Under the pieces are notes generated by a model. The model saw nothing but the letters and a program-made list of their open reading frames with translations. It was not told where the DNA came from and made no database searches. Positions 26,908-34,752 of a DNA stretch of 64,000 nt are shown here, one piece after another (position 1 is the first letter of the stretch; the number at the start of each line of letters is the position of its first letter). The DNA lies in IMG/VR virus record IMGVR_UViG_3300007734_000760, positions 1 through 64,000 of that record; one strand, given 5' to 3'. This DNA comes from a virus. The translations under genes were made by a program, and so were the position numbers.

Positions 26908-28359
26908 TTAGTATATTAATTTATGTTTTCTTGTTATATCAGGTTGGTATTGTGTTGCATTAATTAATTCATATTTTTCTCTTGGTTTCCAAGTTTTAAA
27001 TAATTCGTCTATAAATTCAATAAAACGTTTTGCTTGATGTTTACTTGTAAAACCAGCCTCATCACTTATTGCCCATTCTCTACCTTCTAAACCAAGTTTT
27101 GTTCTAATTTCTGCAGACATATGATATAATTTAGCAATTTCTTCAGCGGCATCTTCAGGTTTAACTCTATCTGAGCTAATATAAGGCGTTTGAGGAGATC
27201 CTTGAATTGAAATGTTAGATGGATAAACTGGAAACGCCCATGAACCATGTTTTTTATAAGTACCTCTATGGTTTGATGGAAAATCAATACTAAAATCAAT
27301 CCATTTTCCTTTTTCATCTTCAAAACGCATTTGATCTTGCATACCTCCTTGACAATTAGCTATAATAGGTCTTCCAGTTAATAATGCTTCTGTTAAACTT
27401 AAACCCCATCCTTCATTATCTGTTAATAAAATTTGATGATCAGAGCAATTATACAACCAATTCATTTGTTCTACTCCTAAAGGTTGTTGATGAATTATTA
27501 TAGCATTTGGATAATCAGCTAATAAATATTCTTTTACAGCATGTAAATCAGTTCCATGTTCACTTATTAATTCAGTGTGAAGTAACAAACAACATTTATC
27601 TGCTTTTTCTTTTGTTAATTTATCTAAAAACATTCTAAATGCTAAAATAGTATCTGGAATTTGTTTACGACGAATGTTTCTTGAATTAAAAAATGTTACA
27701 AAATCATATTCTTTACCTCCAAATAGTTGTTTTTTAAATTCTTTAAATTCATTATACTTTGGATATTCAGGTGTAATAGGAAAATAATTATTTGAATCTA
27801 AACCATGAGGAAGATATTTTATAATTTTATTTTTTACTTTATCACCTAAAACTACTTCATTAATATTTTTAGTTTGTTTAGAAATAGCTAATAAAGCATC
27901 ACATGATTCATAAAAATCTTTATTCCACAATGGATAAGGAAATGGTGAATCCCAAATGTTTAAATAAATAATAGGCATTTTCTTCCTAATTTCATTTTCA
28001 ATATTAAATAACCAAGTAAAATATCTTGGATCAGTAATTAACATTATTGCATCTGGTTTTTCTAAATTGATTAAAGTACGAATAAGTGTAGTATCTCCAT
28101 AACCATCAGATGGATATAAAAATACACTTGCATCATCTATACCTACTACTTTACCGGTTTCTGCTGACGCATCAAACCGTTTTCCTTTATCAGGATGTGT
28201 CACAGCTCCAGCTATATTTACCCAATTAAAATGTTGAGCAGTATGAAGTACTATTTCTCTAGCTACAGTAGATACGCCTGAATGGGCTCTAATATCATCA
28301 CAAATTAATAAGATTTTTTTCCTCTCCTTTTGAGGAACATAAGCAAAACTTTCTTTCAT
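26908..28359 (-). CDS. Glycosyltransferase family 4 (GT-B)
   Basis: SGVS, PHG, RNIRRK, NEGWGLSLTEA, GG..DQ. Confidence 0.88.
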   Translation of the reverse strand: MKESFAYVPQKERKKILLICDDIRAHSGVSTVAREIVLHTAQHFNWVNIAGAVTHPDKGKRFDASAETGKVVGIDDASVFLYPSDGYGDTTLIRTLINLEKPDAIMLITDPRYFTWLFNIENEIRKKMPIIYLNIWDSPFPYPLWNKDFYESCDALLAISKQTKNINEVVLGDKVKNKIIKYLPHGLDSNNYFPITPEYPKYNEFKEFKKQLFGGKEYDFVTFFNSRNIRRKQIPDTILAFRMFLDKLTKEKADKCCLLLHTELISEHGTDLHAVKEYLLADYPNAIIIHQQPLGVEQMNWLYNCSDHQILLTDNEGWGLSLTEALLTGRPIIANCQGGMQDQMRFEDEKGKWIDFSIDFPSNHRGTYKKHGSWAFPVYPSNISIQGSPQTPYISSDRVKPEDAAEEIAKLYHMSAEIRTKLGLEGREWAISDEAGFTSKHQAKRFIEFIDELFKTWKPREKYELINATQYQPDITRKHKLIY

Positions 28360-28369
28360 AAAAACTTTT

Positions 28370-28558
28370 TTAGTCGTTAATTTTTAATTGATTGTTGGTG
28401 ATTTGTTTTCTAAAATTTTCGTCTTTAAGATATAAATCCATTGCTTGATTTACAAGCTTATTTAATGAAAATTTTCTCTTAACGCACTCTATTTTAAAAT
28501 TGTCAAATAAATCACAATTTACTTTGACTGATGTTAATTGTGTAATGTTTTTTTCCAT
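28370..28558 (-). CDS. Ribbon-helix-helix-like DNA-binding protein
   Basis: LTSVKV strand followed by two helices (SLNKLVNQAMDLYL). Confidence 0.6.
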   Translation of the reverse strand: MEKNITQLTSVKVNCDLFDNFKIECVKRKFSLNKLVNQAMDLYLKDENFRKQITNNQLKIND

Positions 28559-28596
28559 AACGTTAATATTAAATGTATATATATAAATATGTATAC

Positions 28597-29544
28597 TTAT
28601 TTTAAAATCGCCTTATCACATAACTCTTTTTTAGTTTTATAAGAGCAATAAGTACAATTATGTTTTGCTGGAGTAGCTTGAAAATCTGTTGATTTATATG
28701 AACCATCTAAATTAAATACTTCATTTATAAAAGTATCTAAAGCTGTTTTTGCTTTTTTTACTTTAGTTTTACCATTTGCAGGTGCAAATTGTTGAATTCT
28801 TTTTTGAGGAAATTCACTTTCTTCCCATATTTTACGTTTTACAATAAAAAATTCTACATCAATGTTTTCTTCAGGTACTCCAAACTGTTCACTAAAAAAT
28901 GATTTATAAAGTAATATTTGAAATTGTTTAATTTGATCTTTTTTTTCTTTATCTCCCCACCCACGAGTACTTGTTTTTATATCGTATATAACAAATTTAT
29001 TTGTTCCTTCATGATACATTACTAAGTCAATAAATCCATTAAATAAAACGTTGTTATGTGTTTTATTAGGCGCTATAACAATTGGAATCTCAATTCCTAC
29101 TAAGTGCCATCCTTTAATGGTAAAATATTCTCCTCGTTTCTTTTTAATAAAATCTAAAATTGCTAATCCGTCATTATAAAACTCTCTCATTTCTTCTGAA
29201 TTACTAAAATGGATACTTTTATTGTCTTTATATCCTTTAGTATAATTTTCTCTAAATCTATCTTCAAAGTATTCTTCTATATTTATTTCATCTGCTTTTA
29301 CTCCACTTTCAGTATACATTACATGTAAGTAGTTCTGTAGTGTTTCATGCATACTTGTTCCAAAAGTCATATTAATAGAGAAACTAGGTATTTTATGTCC
29401 GTCTCTATATTGTAATGACCATTTTTTAGGACAAGATAAATACATTGATAACTGTGAAAATGATATAGTTTTTTGAAATGCTAAATCAACAGTTATAGGT
29501 TTATATTCCTGTATTTGTTTAATTATTGATAGAGTTTTTGCCAT
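28597..29544 (-). CDS. PD-(D/E)XK (RecB/Cas4-like) nuclease
   Basis: ISFSQ...CP, FGT.MHE, GFIDL, YDIKT, Q...Y, C-terminal CxxC...C. Confidence 0.88.
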   Translation of the reverse strand: MAKTLSIIKQIQEYKPITVDLAFQKTISFSQLSMYLSCPKKWSLQYRDGHKIPSFSINMTFGTSMHETLQNYLHVMYTESGVKADEINIEEYFEDRFRENYTKGYKDNKSIHFSNSEEMREFYNDGLAILDFIKKKRGEYFTIKGWHLVGIEIPIVIAPNKTHNNVLFNGFIDLVMYHEGTNKFVIYDIKTSTRGWGDKEKKDQIKQFQILLYKSFFSEQFGVPEENIDVEFFIVKRKIWEESEFPQKRIQQFAPANGKTKVKKAKTALDTFINEVFNLDGSYKSTDFQATPAKHNCTYCSYKTKKELCDKAILK

Positions 29545-29892
29545 TTATTTTTTCCACAATCCTCTCTCTACTAATTGAGCTATAATACCATAATTAGTAA
29601 TATCTTGATATGTGTCAGTTAATGCTTCATTTTTAGCTACTTGTTTAGTTACAATAAGATTTTTCCATCTACTTACTTTATCATTTAATCTAAAAAATAA
29701 ACCTGTTAAAGCGAATTGTTTTTCTTCATCGTTTGCTAATTGTGTACCTGCTGCTACATTAGTTAAACCATAGTCTAAATGTTTTTGAGCAAACAAAGTA
29801 TATTGTTCTTTAATTATTTGTTTGTATCCTTGAGCAATTGTAGGATATTCTTTTTCTAGCTGTTCAATAACAGACATTTCTTCTTTAGCCAT
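29545..29892 (-). CDS. DUF1599 / nucleotide-modification-associated domain 1 protein
   Basis: KHLDYG, RLNDKVSR, E.L.DT..DI.NYGII. Confidence 0.8.
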   Translation of the reverse strand: MAKEEMSVIEQLEKEYPTIAQGYKQIIKEQYTLFAQKHLDYGLTNVAAGTQLANDEEKQFALTGLFFRLNDKVSRWKNLIVTKQVAKNEALTDTYQDITNYGIIAQLVERGLWKK

Positions 29893-30343
29893 TTTTAATT
29901 AGTTTTTTAATTTCTTTTTCATCAATACCTTGTTTAACTAAAATATCTTCTACAAAATCTTTACCTGTTAATATAATGTATTCTTCTGCTTCAGTTATTG
30001 AACATTCAAAATGTTCAGAAATATATTTTGACAATTCAGGTAAAACTACTTTTTTATTTGTTGATTTTATAAAAGGTGAAAATGTATTTTTTGATTGTGG
30101 AATCATCCAACAATATACTTCATATATTTTCTTATTATCTTTAATATTTAAACCTTGAACATAATTTACAGTTTCAATGTATTTTGAATTCATGCTTAAA
30201 AATTTATTAATCATGTATCCATTAAATAATTTTTGTTGTTCTAATGTAAATGATTCCCAAGGTTGTTTTGTATCAATTATTGCCTTTATAAAATCAAATA
30301 TAGAAAACGTTTTAGGTTTAGATACTTTTGTTGTACTCTTCAT
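29885..30343 (-). CDS. Clamp loader small subunit (T4 gp62-like)
   Basis: FDFIKAI, YMINKFLS, I.EHFECS..EAEEY; near the gp44-like gene. Confidence 0.7.
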   Translation of the reverse strand: MKSTTKVSKPKTFSIFDFIKAIIDTKQPWESFTLEQQKLFNGYMINKFLSMNSKYIETVNYVQGLNIKDNKKIYEVYCWMIPQSKNTFSPFIKSTNKKVVLPELSKYISEHFECSITEAEEYIILTGKDFVEDILVKQGIDEKEIKKLIKNG

Positions 30344-30566
30344 ATTCTACTTTTAATTCTTTAGGCATTAATTCAGTTAAAATTTTACCTGTTTTTAAAT
30401 CAATAAATACTGGAATTGGAATAACTGCATCTTCACTTGTACCTGTTAAAAATTTACTCATTTTTCTTAAAATTACAGCTTCTTGAAATACTTGATTTCC
30501 TTCTTCTGATTTAATTGGGGTAGACTGTTTAATGTCTACATTCATTTTTGTTTTTTGTTCTTGCAT
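30318..30566 (-). CDS. Hypothetical protein
   Basis: ORF track; LRKMSKFLTG..D..IPIPVF. Confidence 0.65.
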   Translation of the reverse strand: MQEQKTKMNVDIKQSTPIKSEEGNQVFQEAVILRKMSKFLTGTSEDAVIPIPVFIDLKTGKILTELMPKELKVEYEEYNKSI

Positions 30567-30567
30567 T

Positions 30568-31503
30568 TTATATGATTTTTTTAGTTGATATTGTTTCTAA
30601 TATTTTAGCTATACAAGCCATAATATTAATTTCTTTGTCTATTCTAAATGTTGCATGGTACATATACTCTTCTAAATAACATATAATTATACCTTCATTT
30701 CCGTTAGCATATTCACTTAATTTATTGTATAAAAACACATACATCGATTCAAAATCATCTGTTTCAGTATTAGCAATAAGTTGTCTAATAGCGTTAAACG
30801 ATTTTATAGACGGTTTTTTTAATTCATCTAGTATTTTACTTTGATAGTTATCATCTGTATTAGACATTGTGTCTAATCTTAAAGCACCATCTATAGTATA
30901 TTTTTGACAGTTATTAATAATTTTTCTAAAATCAGGAAAATATTTATTTATAATAGTAACTAAATCAGGTATTTCATATTCAATATTTTCTTTATCTAAA
31001 ATAACTGAAATATGTTGAGCTATTATTTTTTTAGACGGTGGTTGTAAATCAAACTCTTGACATCTACTTCTTAGTGGATCAATTAATCGTTCTGGATAAT
31101 TTCCTGTTAAAATAAAACGAGTAGTTAAACTATATGTTTCCATCATGTTTAACAGTATAACCTGTGATGCTTGAAGTAAATGAGTTGCTTCATCTAAAAT
31201 CACTACTTTAAGTGGTTTAAATGATCCAGCAGCAGCAAATGCTCCTACTTTGTCTCTCATTACTTCTATTGAACGTTCATCAGTAGCATTGATGTATAAG
31301 TAATCACAATCTATATTTTTAACTAATATTTTAGCGATTGTTGTTTTACCTGCACCTGGTTTACCTGCAAATAAAAGATGAGGAATATCTTGATTCTTAA
31401 TAAATTCCTCAAATTTAGTTTTAATATCTTCTTTACAAATATAACCTTCTAAAGTATTAGGACGATATTTTTCGTTTAATATTGTGTGTAACCTTTTTGA
31501 CAT
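30568..31503 (-). CDS. Clamp loader AAA+ subunit (gp44/RFC-small-like)
   Basis: EKYRP, GKPGAGKTT, ILDEA, SRC. Confidence 0.93.
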   Translation of the reverse strand: MSKRLHTILNEKYRPNTLEGYICKEDIKTKFEEFIKNQDIPHLLFAGKPGAGKTTIAKILVKNIDCDYLYINATDERSIEVMRDKVGAFAAAGSFKPLKVVILDEATHLLQASQVILLNMMETYSLTTRFILTGNYPERLIDPLRSRCQEFDLQPPSKKIIAQHISVILDKENIEYEIPDLVTIINKYFPDFRKIINNCQKYTIDGALRLDTMSNTDDNYQSKILDELKKPSIKSFNAIRQLIANTETDDFESMYVFLYNKLSEYANGNEGIIICYLEEYMYHATFRIDKEINIMACIAKILETISTKKII

Positions 31504-31518
31504 AACTTTTATTTTAAT

Positions 31519-31550
31519 TAAATATACAAAACTTTTTTTAGAAAGCCAAA
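31519..31550 (-). promoter_or_regulatory. Class I promoter
   Basis: TTTGGCTTTC...TATATTTA, 20-nt spacer. Confidence 0.8.
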
Positions 31551-31551
31551 T

Positions 31552-31794
31552 TTAATAATCACCGTAAATGTTAAATTTTTTAGGTGGTTCAGGAGTAATT
31601 TCTTCAGTTGATATCATATGTAATTCACCTTTTAGCGGTGAAAGTCTAAAATCACATCCTACTCCTGATTTTTTGAAATATGCTTCTAATGTTTCAGTTA
31701 ATGAAGTATAAACTTTATCTTCATTAAGTAGCGACCAGCGGTCCCCAGGTGGGACACGCTTCGCTATTAATATATTTTTTTCTACTTGTTCCAT
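31552..31794 (-). CDS. Hypothetical protein
   Basis: ORF track; RVPPGDRW motif. Confidence 0.65.
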   Translation of the reverse strand: MEQVEKNILIAKRVPPGDRWSLLNEDKVYTSLTETLEAYFKKSGVGCDFRLSPLKGELHMISTEEITPEPPKKFNIYGDY

Positions 31795-31795
31795 A

Positions 31796-33433
31796 TTACA
31801 TCATACCAGCCATTCCAGCCATTGGATCACTTTGATTTTTATCTAAATTTATTTCAACAATTGCTGCTTCAGTTAATAATACTGTACCTGCTACTGATGC
31901 TGCATTTTCTAATGCGTTACGAGTAACTTTAGATGGATCAATAATACCAGCTTCTGCCATATTTACAAATGTTTCTGTTTTTAAATTATAACCTGTAAAG
32001 TTATTTTCTAAGCCCATTTGATTAATTAAACCGTAACATTCTCCTTCTGTGTAACCAGCATTAGTTAAAATTTTCATAAATGGAGCAGCACATGCTTTAT
32101 AAACAATATTTTTACCAATGTGAACATCAGAATCTAATTCGGTTCTATTTTTAGTAATAGCTTCACGAGCGTATAATAATGCTGATCCTCCACCTGGTAC
32201 AATACCTTCTTCAATCGCTGCTTTTGTGGCGTGTAAAGCATCGTCAACTCTATCTTTAGTTTCTTTCATTTCTAATTCTGAATTTCCACCTACGTGAATA
32301 ATTGCTATTCCACCTACAAATTTTGCTAAACGTTCTTGTAGTTTTTCTTTTTCAAATGCTACAGTTGATTTTTCAATTTGATTTTGTAATTCATCAATAC
32401 GCTCTTCAATTTTTTCAGTTTTACCTTTACCATCAACAAGTGTTGTTTGATCTTTAGATATTGTAACTAAACGAGCATTTCCAAACCAATCCCAAGAAAA
32501 TTTATCTAATTTCATTCCTTTTTCAGAACTAAATACTTGACCACCAGTTAACACAGCAATGTCTTCTAAAATTAATTTACGACGATCTCCAAAATCAGGA
32601 GCTTTTACTGCTGCTACTTTTAAAGTACCTCTCATTTTATTTACTACTAATGTTGATAAAGCCTCGTTGTCAATGTCTTCAGCAATGATTAATAATGATT
32701 TACCTGATGATGAAACACCTTCTAAAATTGGTAGTAAATCTTTTACTTGTGTAAATTTTCTATCTGCAATTAAAATGTACGGATCTTCTAAAGTACAAGT
32801 CATATCAGCATTGTTTGTAACAAAATAATGTGATTTATAACCACGATCAAATTGCATACCTTCTACTGTTTCTAAGTATGTGTCTCCAGATTTACTTTCT
32901 TCAATGTGAACTACTCCTTCACGTCCTACTTTTTCTATTGCTGTGGCAATTAATTTTCCAATTTCAGGATCATTATTTGATGAAATAGTTGCAATTTGTT
33001 CTAATTGATTTTCTGATGTGATATCTTTAGATATTTCTTTACGTAAACAAGTTATTACTTCTTTTACTGCTAAATCAATTCCTCTTTTAATTTCAACTGC
33101 ATTTGCTCCTTTGTCTAAATAATTTAGACCTTCATTAATAATACTTTGAGCTAACAAAGTAGAAGTAGTTGTACCATCACCTGCATTGTTTGCTGTTTTA
33201 ATAGATGCTTGTTTAATCATCTGTACTCCTAATTCTTCAATTGGATCTTCTAAATTAGAAATTTGTTTTGCAACAGTAACTCCATCTTTAGTGCTTCTTA
33301 CTTCACCATATTCTGTGTAAATAACATTTCGTCCGTTTGGACCTAAAGTAGAAGTAACAGCATTTGCTACTTTGTTAATACCCTTGACTAATTTTTTTCG
33401 GGCGTCGGACCCCGATTCTACAACTTTATTCAT
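31796..33433 (-). CDS. groEL: Chaperonin GroEL
   Basis: TLGPNGRNV, TKDGVTVAK, GDGTTT, AVKAP.FGDRRK, GIVPGGG, GM-rich tail. Confidence 0.97.
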   Translation of the reverse strand: MNKVVESGSDARKKLVKGINKVANAVTSTLGPNGRNVIYTEYGEVRSTKDGVTVAKQISNLEDPIEELGVQMIKQASIKTANNAGDGTTTSTLLAQSIINEGLNYLDKGANAVEIKRGIDLAVKEVITCLRKEISKDITSENQLEQIATISSNNDPEIGKLIATAIEKVGREGVVHIEESKSGDTYLETVEGMQFDRGYKSHYFVTNNADMTCTLEDPYILIADRKFTQVKDLLPILEGVSSSGKSLLIIAEDIDNEALSTLVVNKMRGTLKVAAVKAPDFGDRRKLILEDIAVLTGGQVFSSEKGMKLDKFSWDWFGNARLVTISKDQTTLVDGKGKTEKIEERIDELQNQIEKSTVAFEKEKLQERLAKFVGGIAIIHVGGNSELEMKETKDRVDDALHATKAAIEEGIVPGGGSALLYAREAITKNRTELDSDVHIGKNIVYKACAAPFMKILTNAGYTEGECYGLINQMGLENNFTGYNLKTETFVNMAEAGIIDPSKVTRNALENAASVAGTVLLTEAAIVEINLDKNQSDPMAGMAGMM

Positions 33434-33444
33434 TTGTTTTGATT

Positions 33445-33744
33445 TTAATCGTTAATAATTGCTAATACTTGGTTTTCATTACACCCAAGATATTCTACTC
33501 CTTCACTTTCAATCTTAACAGGACCCATTGGAGGCAAAATTACTTTTTGTCCTACTTTAAGTGTAGTTGGGATAAATGCTCCTGTTACAGTATAAGAACC
33601 TTCACCAACAGATACAATAGTACCTGATAAGTGTTTTTCTTTTCCTAAATCTGGAACTACGATTGAACCATAAGTTGTTTCCTCTTCTTCATGAGGTTTA
33701 ACAATGATGCTGTTAAATACAGCTTGTAACTTTATTTTTTCCAT
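33445..33744 (-). CDS. groES: Co-chaperonin GroES
   Basis: IIVKP, GSIVVPD mobile loop, GTIVSVGEG, LKVGQKV; adjacent to groEL. Confidence 0.92.
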   Translation of the reverse strand: MEKIKLQAVFNSIIVKPHEEEETTYGSIVVPDLGKEKHLSGTIVSVGEGSYTVTGAFIPTTLKVGQKVILPPMGPVKIESEGVEYLGCNENQVLAIIND

Positions 33745-33759
33745 GACTTTTATTTAGTA

Positions 33760-33791
33760 TAAATATATTAACTTTCAACTGATTCTCCAAG
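33760..33791 (-). promoter_or_regulatory. Class I-like promoter for groES-groEL
   Basis: CTTGG...TATATTTA with the same spacing; also overlaps an ATATTTAT motif. Confidence 0.55.
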
Positions 33792-33992
33792 CTTAACATT
33801 GTTTTCTTCAATAATTTGCGCTTCATCTACTTTTTGTAAAAAATAAAGTAAACCATCTTTTTTAAGAACAGTATCTACACTTAGATATTCTTTCCAATCA
33901 TCAAGAATTGGACGTGAACTTTCTTTAATTACTCTTTTAAGAATATATAGATCTTGATTGTAGTCTATAAATGTGATAGGAATTGTAAACAT
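33768..33992 (-). CDS. Hypothetical protein
   Basis: ORF track. Confidence 0.6.
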   Translation of the reverse strand: MFTIPITFIDYNQDLYILKRVIKESSRPILDDWKEYLSVDTVLKKDGLLYFLQKVDEAQIIEENNVKLGESVES

Positions 33993-34732
33993 TATATATC
34001 TTTTTTAACAATGTAATAAATTGATTTTATATTTTCAGTTTCAAACTCTAATTTCATTAATCCTTCTAAATTAATACTCATCTTAGCTTTAGTTGCTTCT
34101 TTATTTACGTTTAATATTTCTTTAAGTAAATCAGAACCAAATCCTAATGTGAATTGAGACGGTAAATCTTTTTGTGTAAAATTAGATATAAAATAAGATA
34201 TTTTATTTGCATACTCTATGTCACCACCAAACATTAATTCTAGTTGAAATTCACCATCTAAACTTAACATTGGAGTTAACATAACTGTAGTACTTTCAGG
34301 CAATGATGATTTTGCTTTTATTAAAGCATTTATAATTTCAGTGTTTAATTCTGTTTCTAAATTATATTCTTCAGGACCTGTGTAATTACCTGATTTAGGT
34401 ATAGTTAATATGTCTGCTAAAGTATAATTAATAGTAAATTGATTGTCTGAAATTATTAGTTTGGAAAATATTTTATTATTTTTAATATAATTTAACATTA
34501 CCTCTCCTCCTGTAGTACTAATTAATTTAAGTAATTGTGTTGTATTACTTATTCCTACTGTTGAATCAGGTAATTCAAACTTATTATGAGTTACTTCTCC
34601 AATCATTTCTTTTGTTGGTGAAGTAAATTTAATAGTTATAGATTTATCTTTAATGTCCCATTTAACGGCTTCATTTATTCCGTTTAGATAATATTTGTTT
34701 ATAACACTTAGTAATTCAAATTTTGAAATCAT
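33992..34732 (-). CDS. DNA polymerase sliding clamp (gp45/PCNA-like)
   Basis: 246 aa, alternating beta/alpha pattern, GLMKLEF...YYIV C-terminus; directly after PolB. Confidence 0.7.
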   Translation of the reverse strand: MISKFELLSVINKYYLNGINEAVKWDIKDKSITIKFTSPTKEMIGEVTHNKFELPDSTVGISNTTQLLKLISTTGGEVMLNYIKNNKIFSKLIISDNQFTINYTLADILTIPKSGNYTGPEEYNLETELNTEIINALIKAKSSLPESTTVMLTPMLSLDGEFQLELMFGGDIEYANKISYFISNFTQKDLPSQFTLGFGSDLLKEILNVNKEATKAKMSINLEGLMKLEFETENIKSIYYIVKKDI

Positions 34733-34752
34733 AACTTTAATATATGTATTTT

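Noticed and set aside
27087-27323. 78-aa minus-strand ORF
   Set aside because: Lies out of frame entirely inside the GT4 gene
28597-29544. Cas4 as part of a CRISPR system
   Set aside because: No cas1/cas2 or array nearby; standalone Cas4-like nucleases are common in phage replication modules
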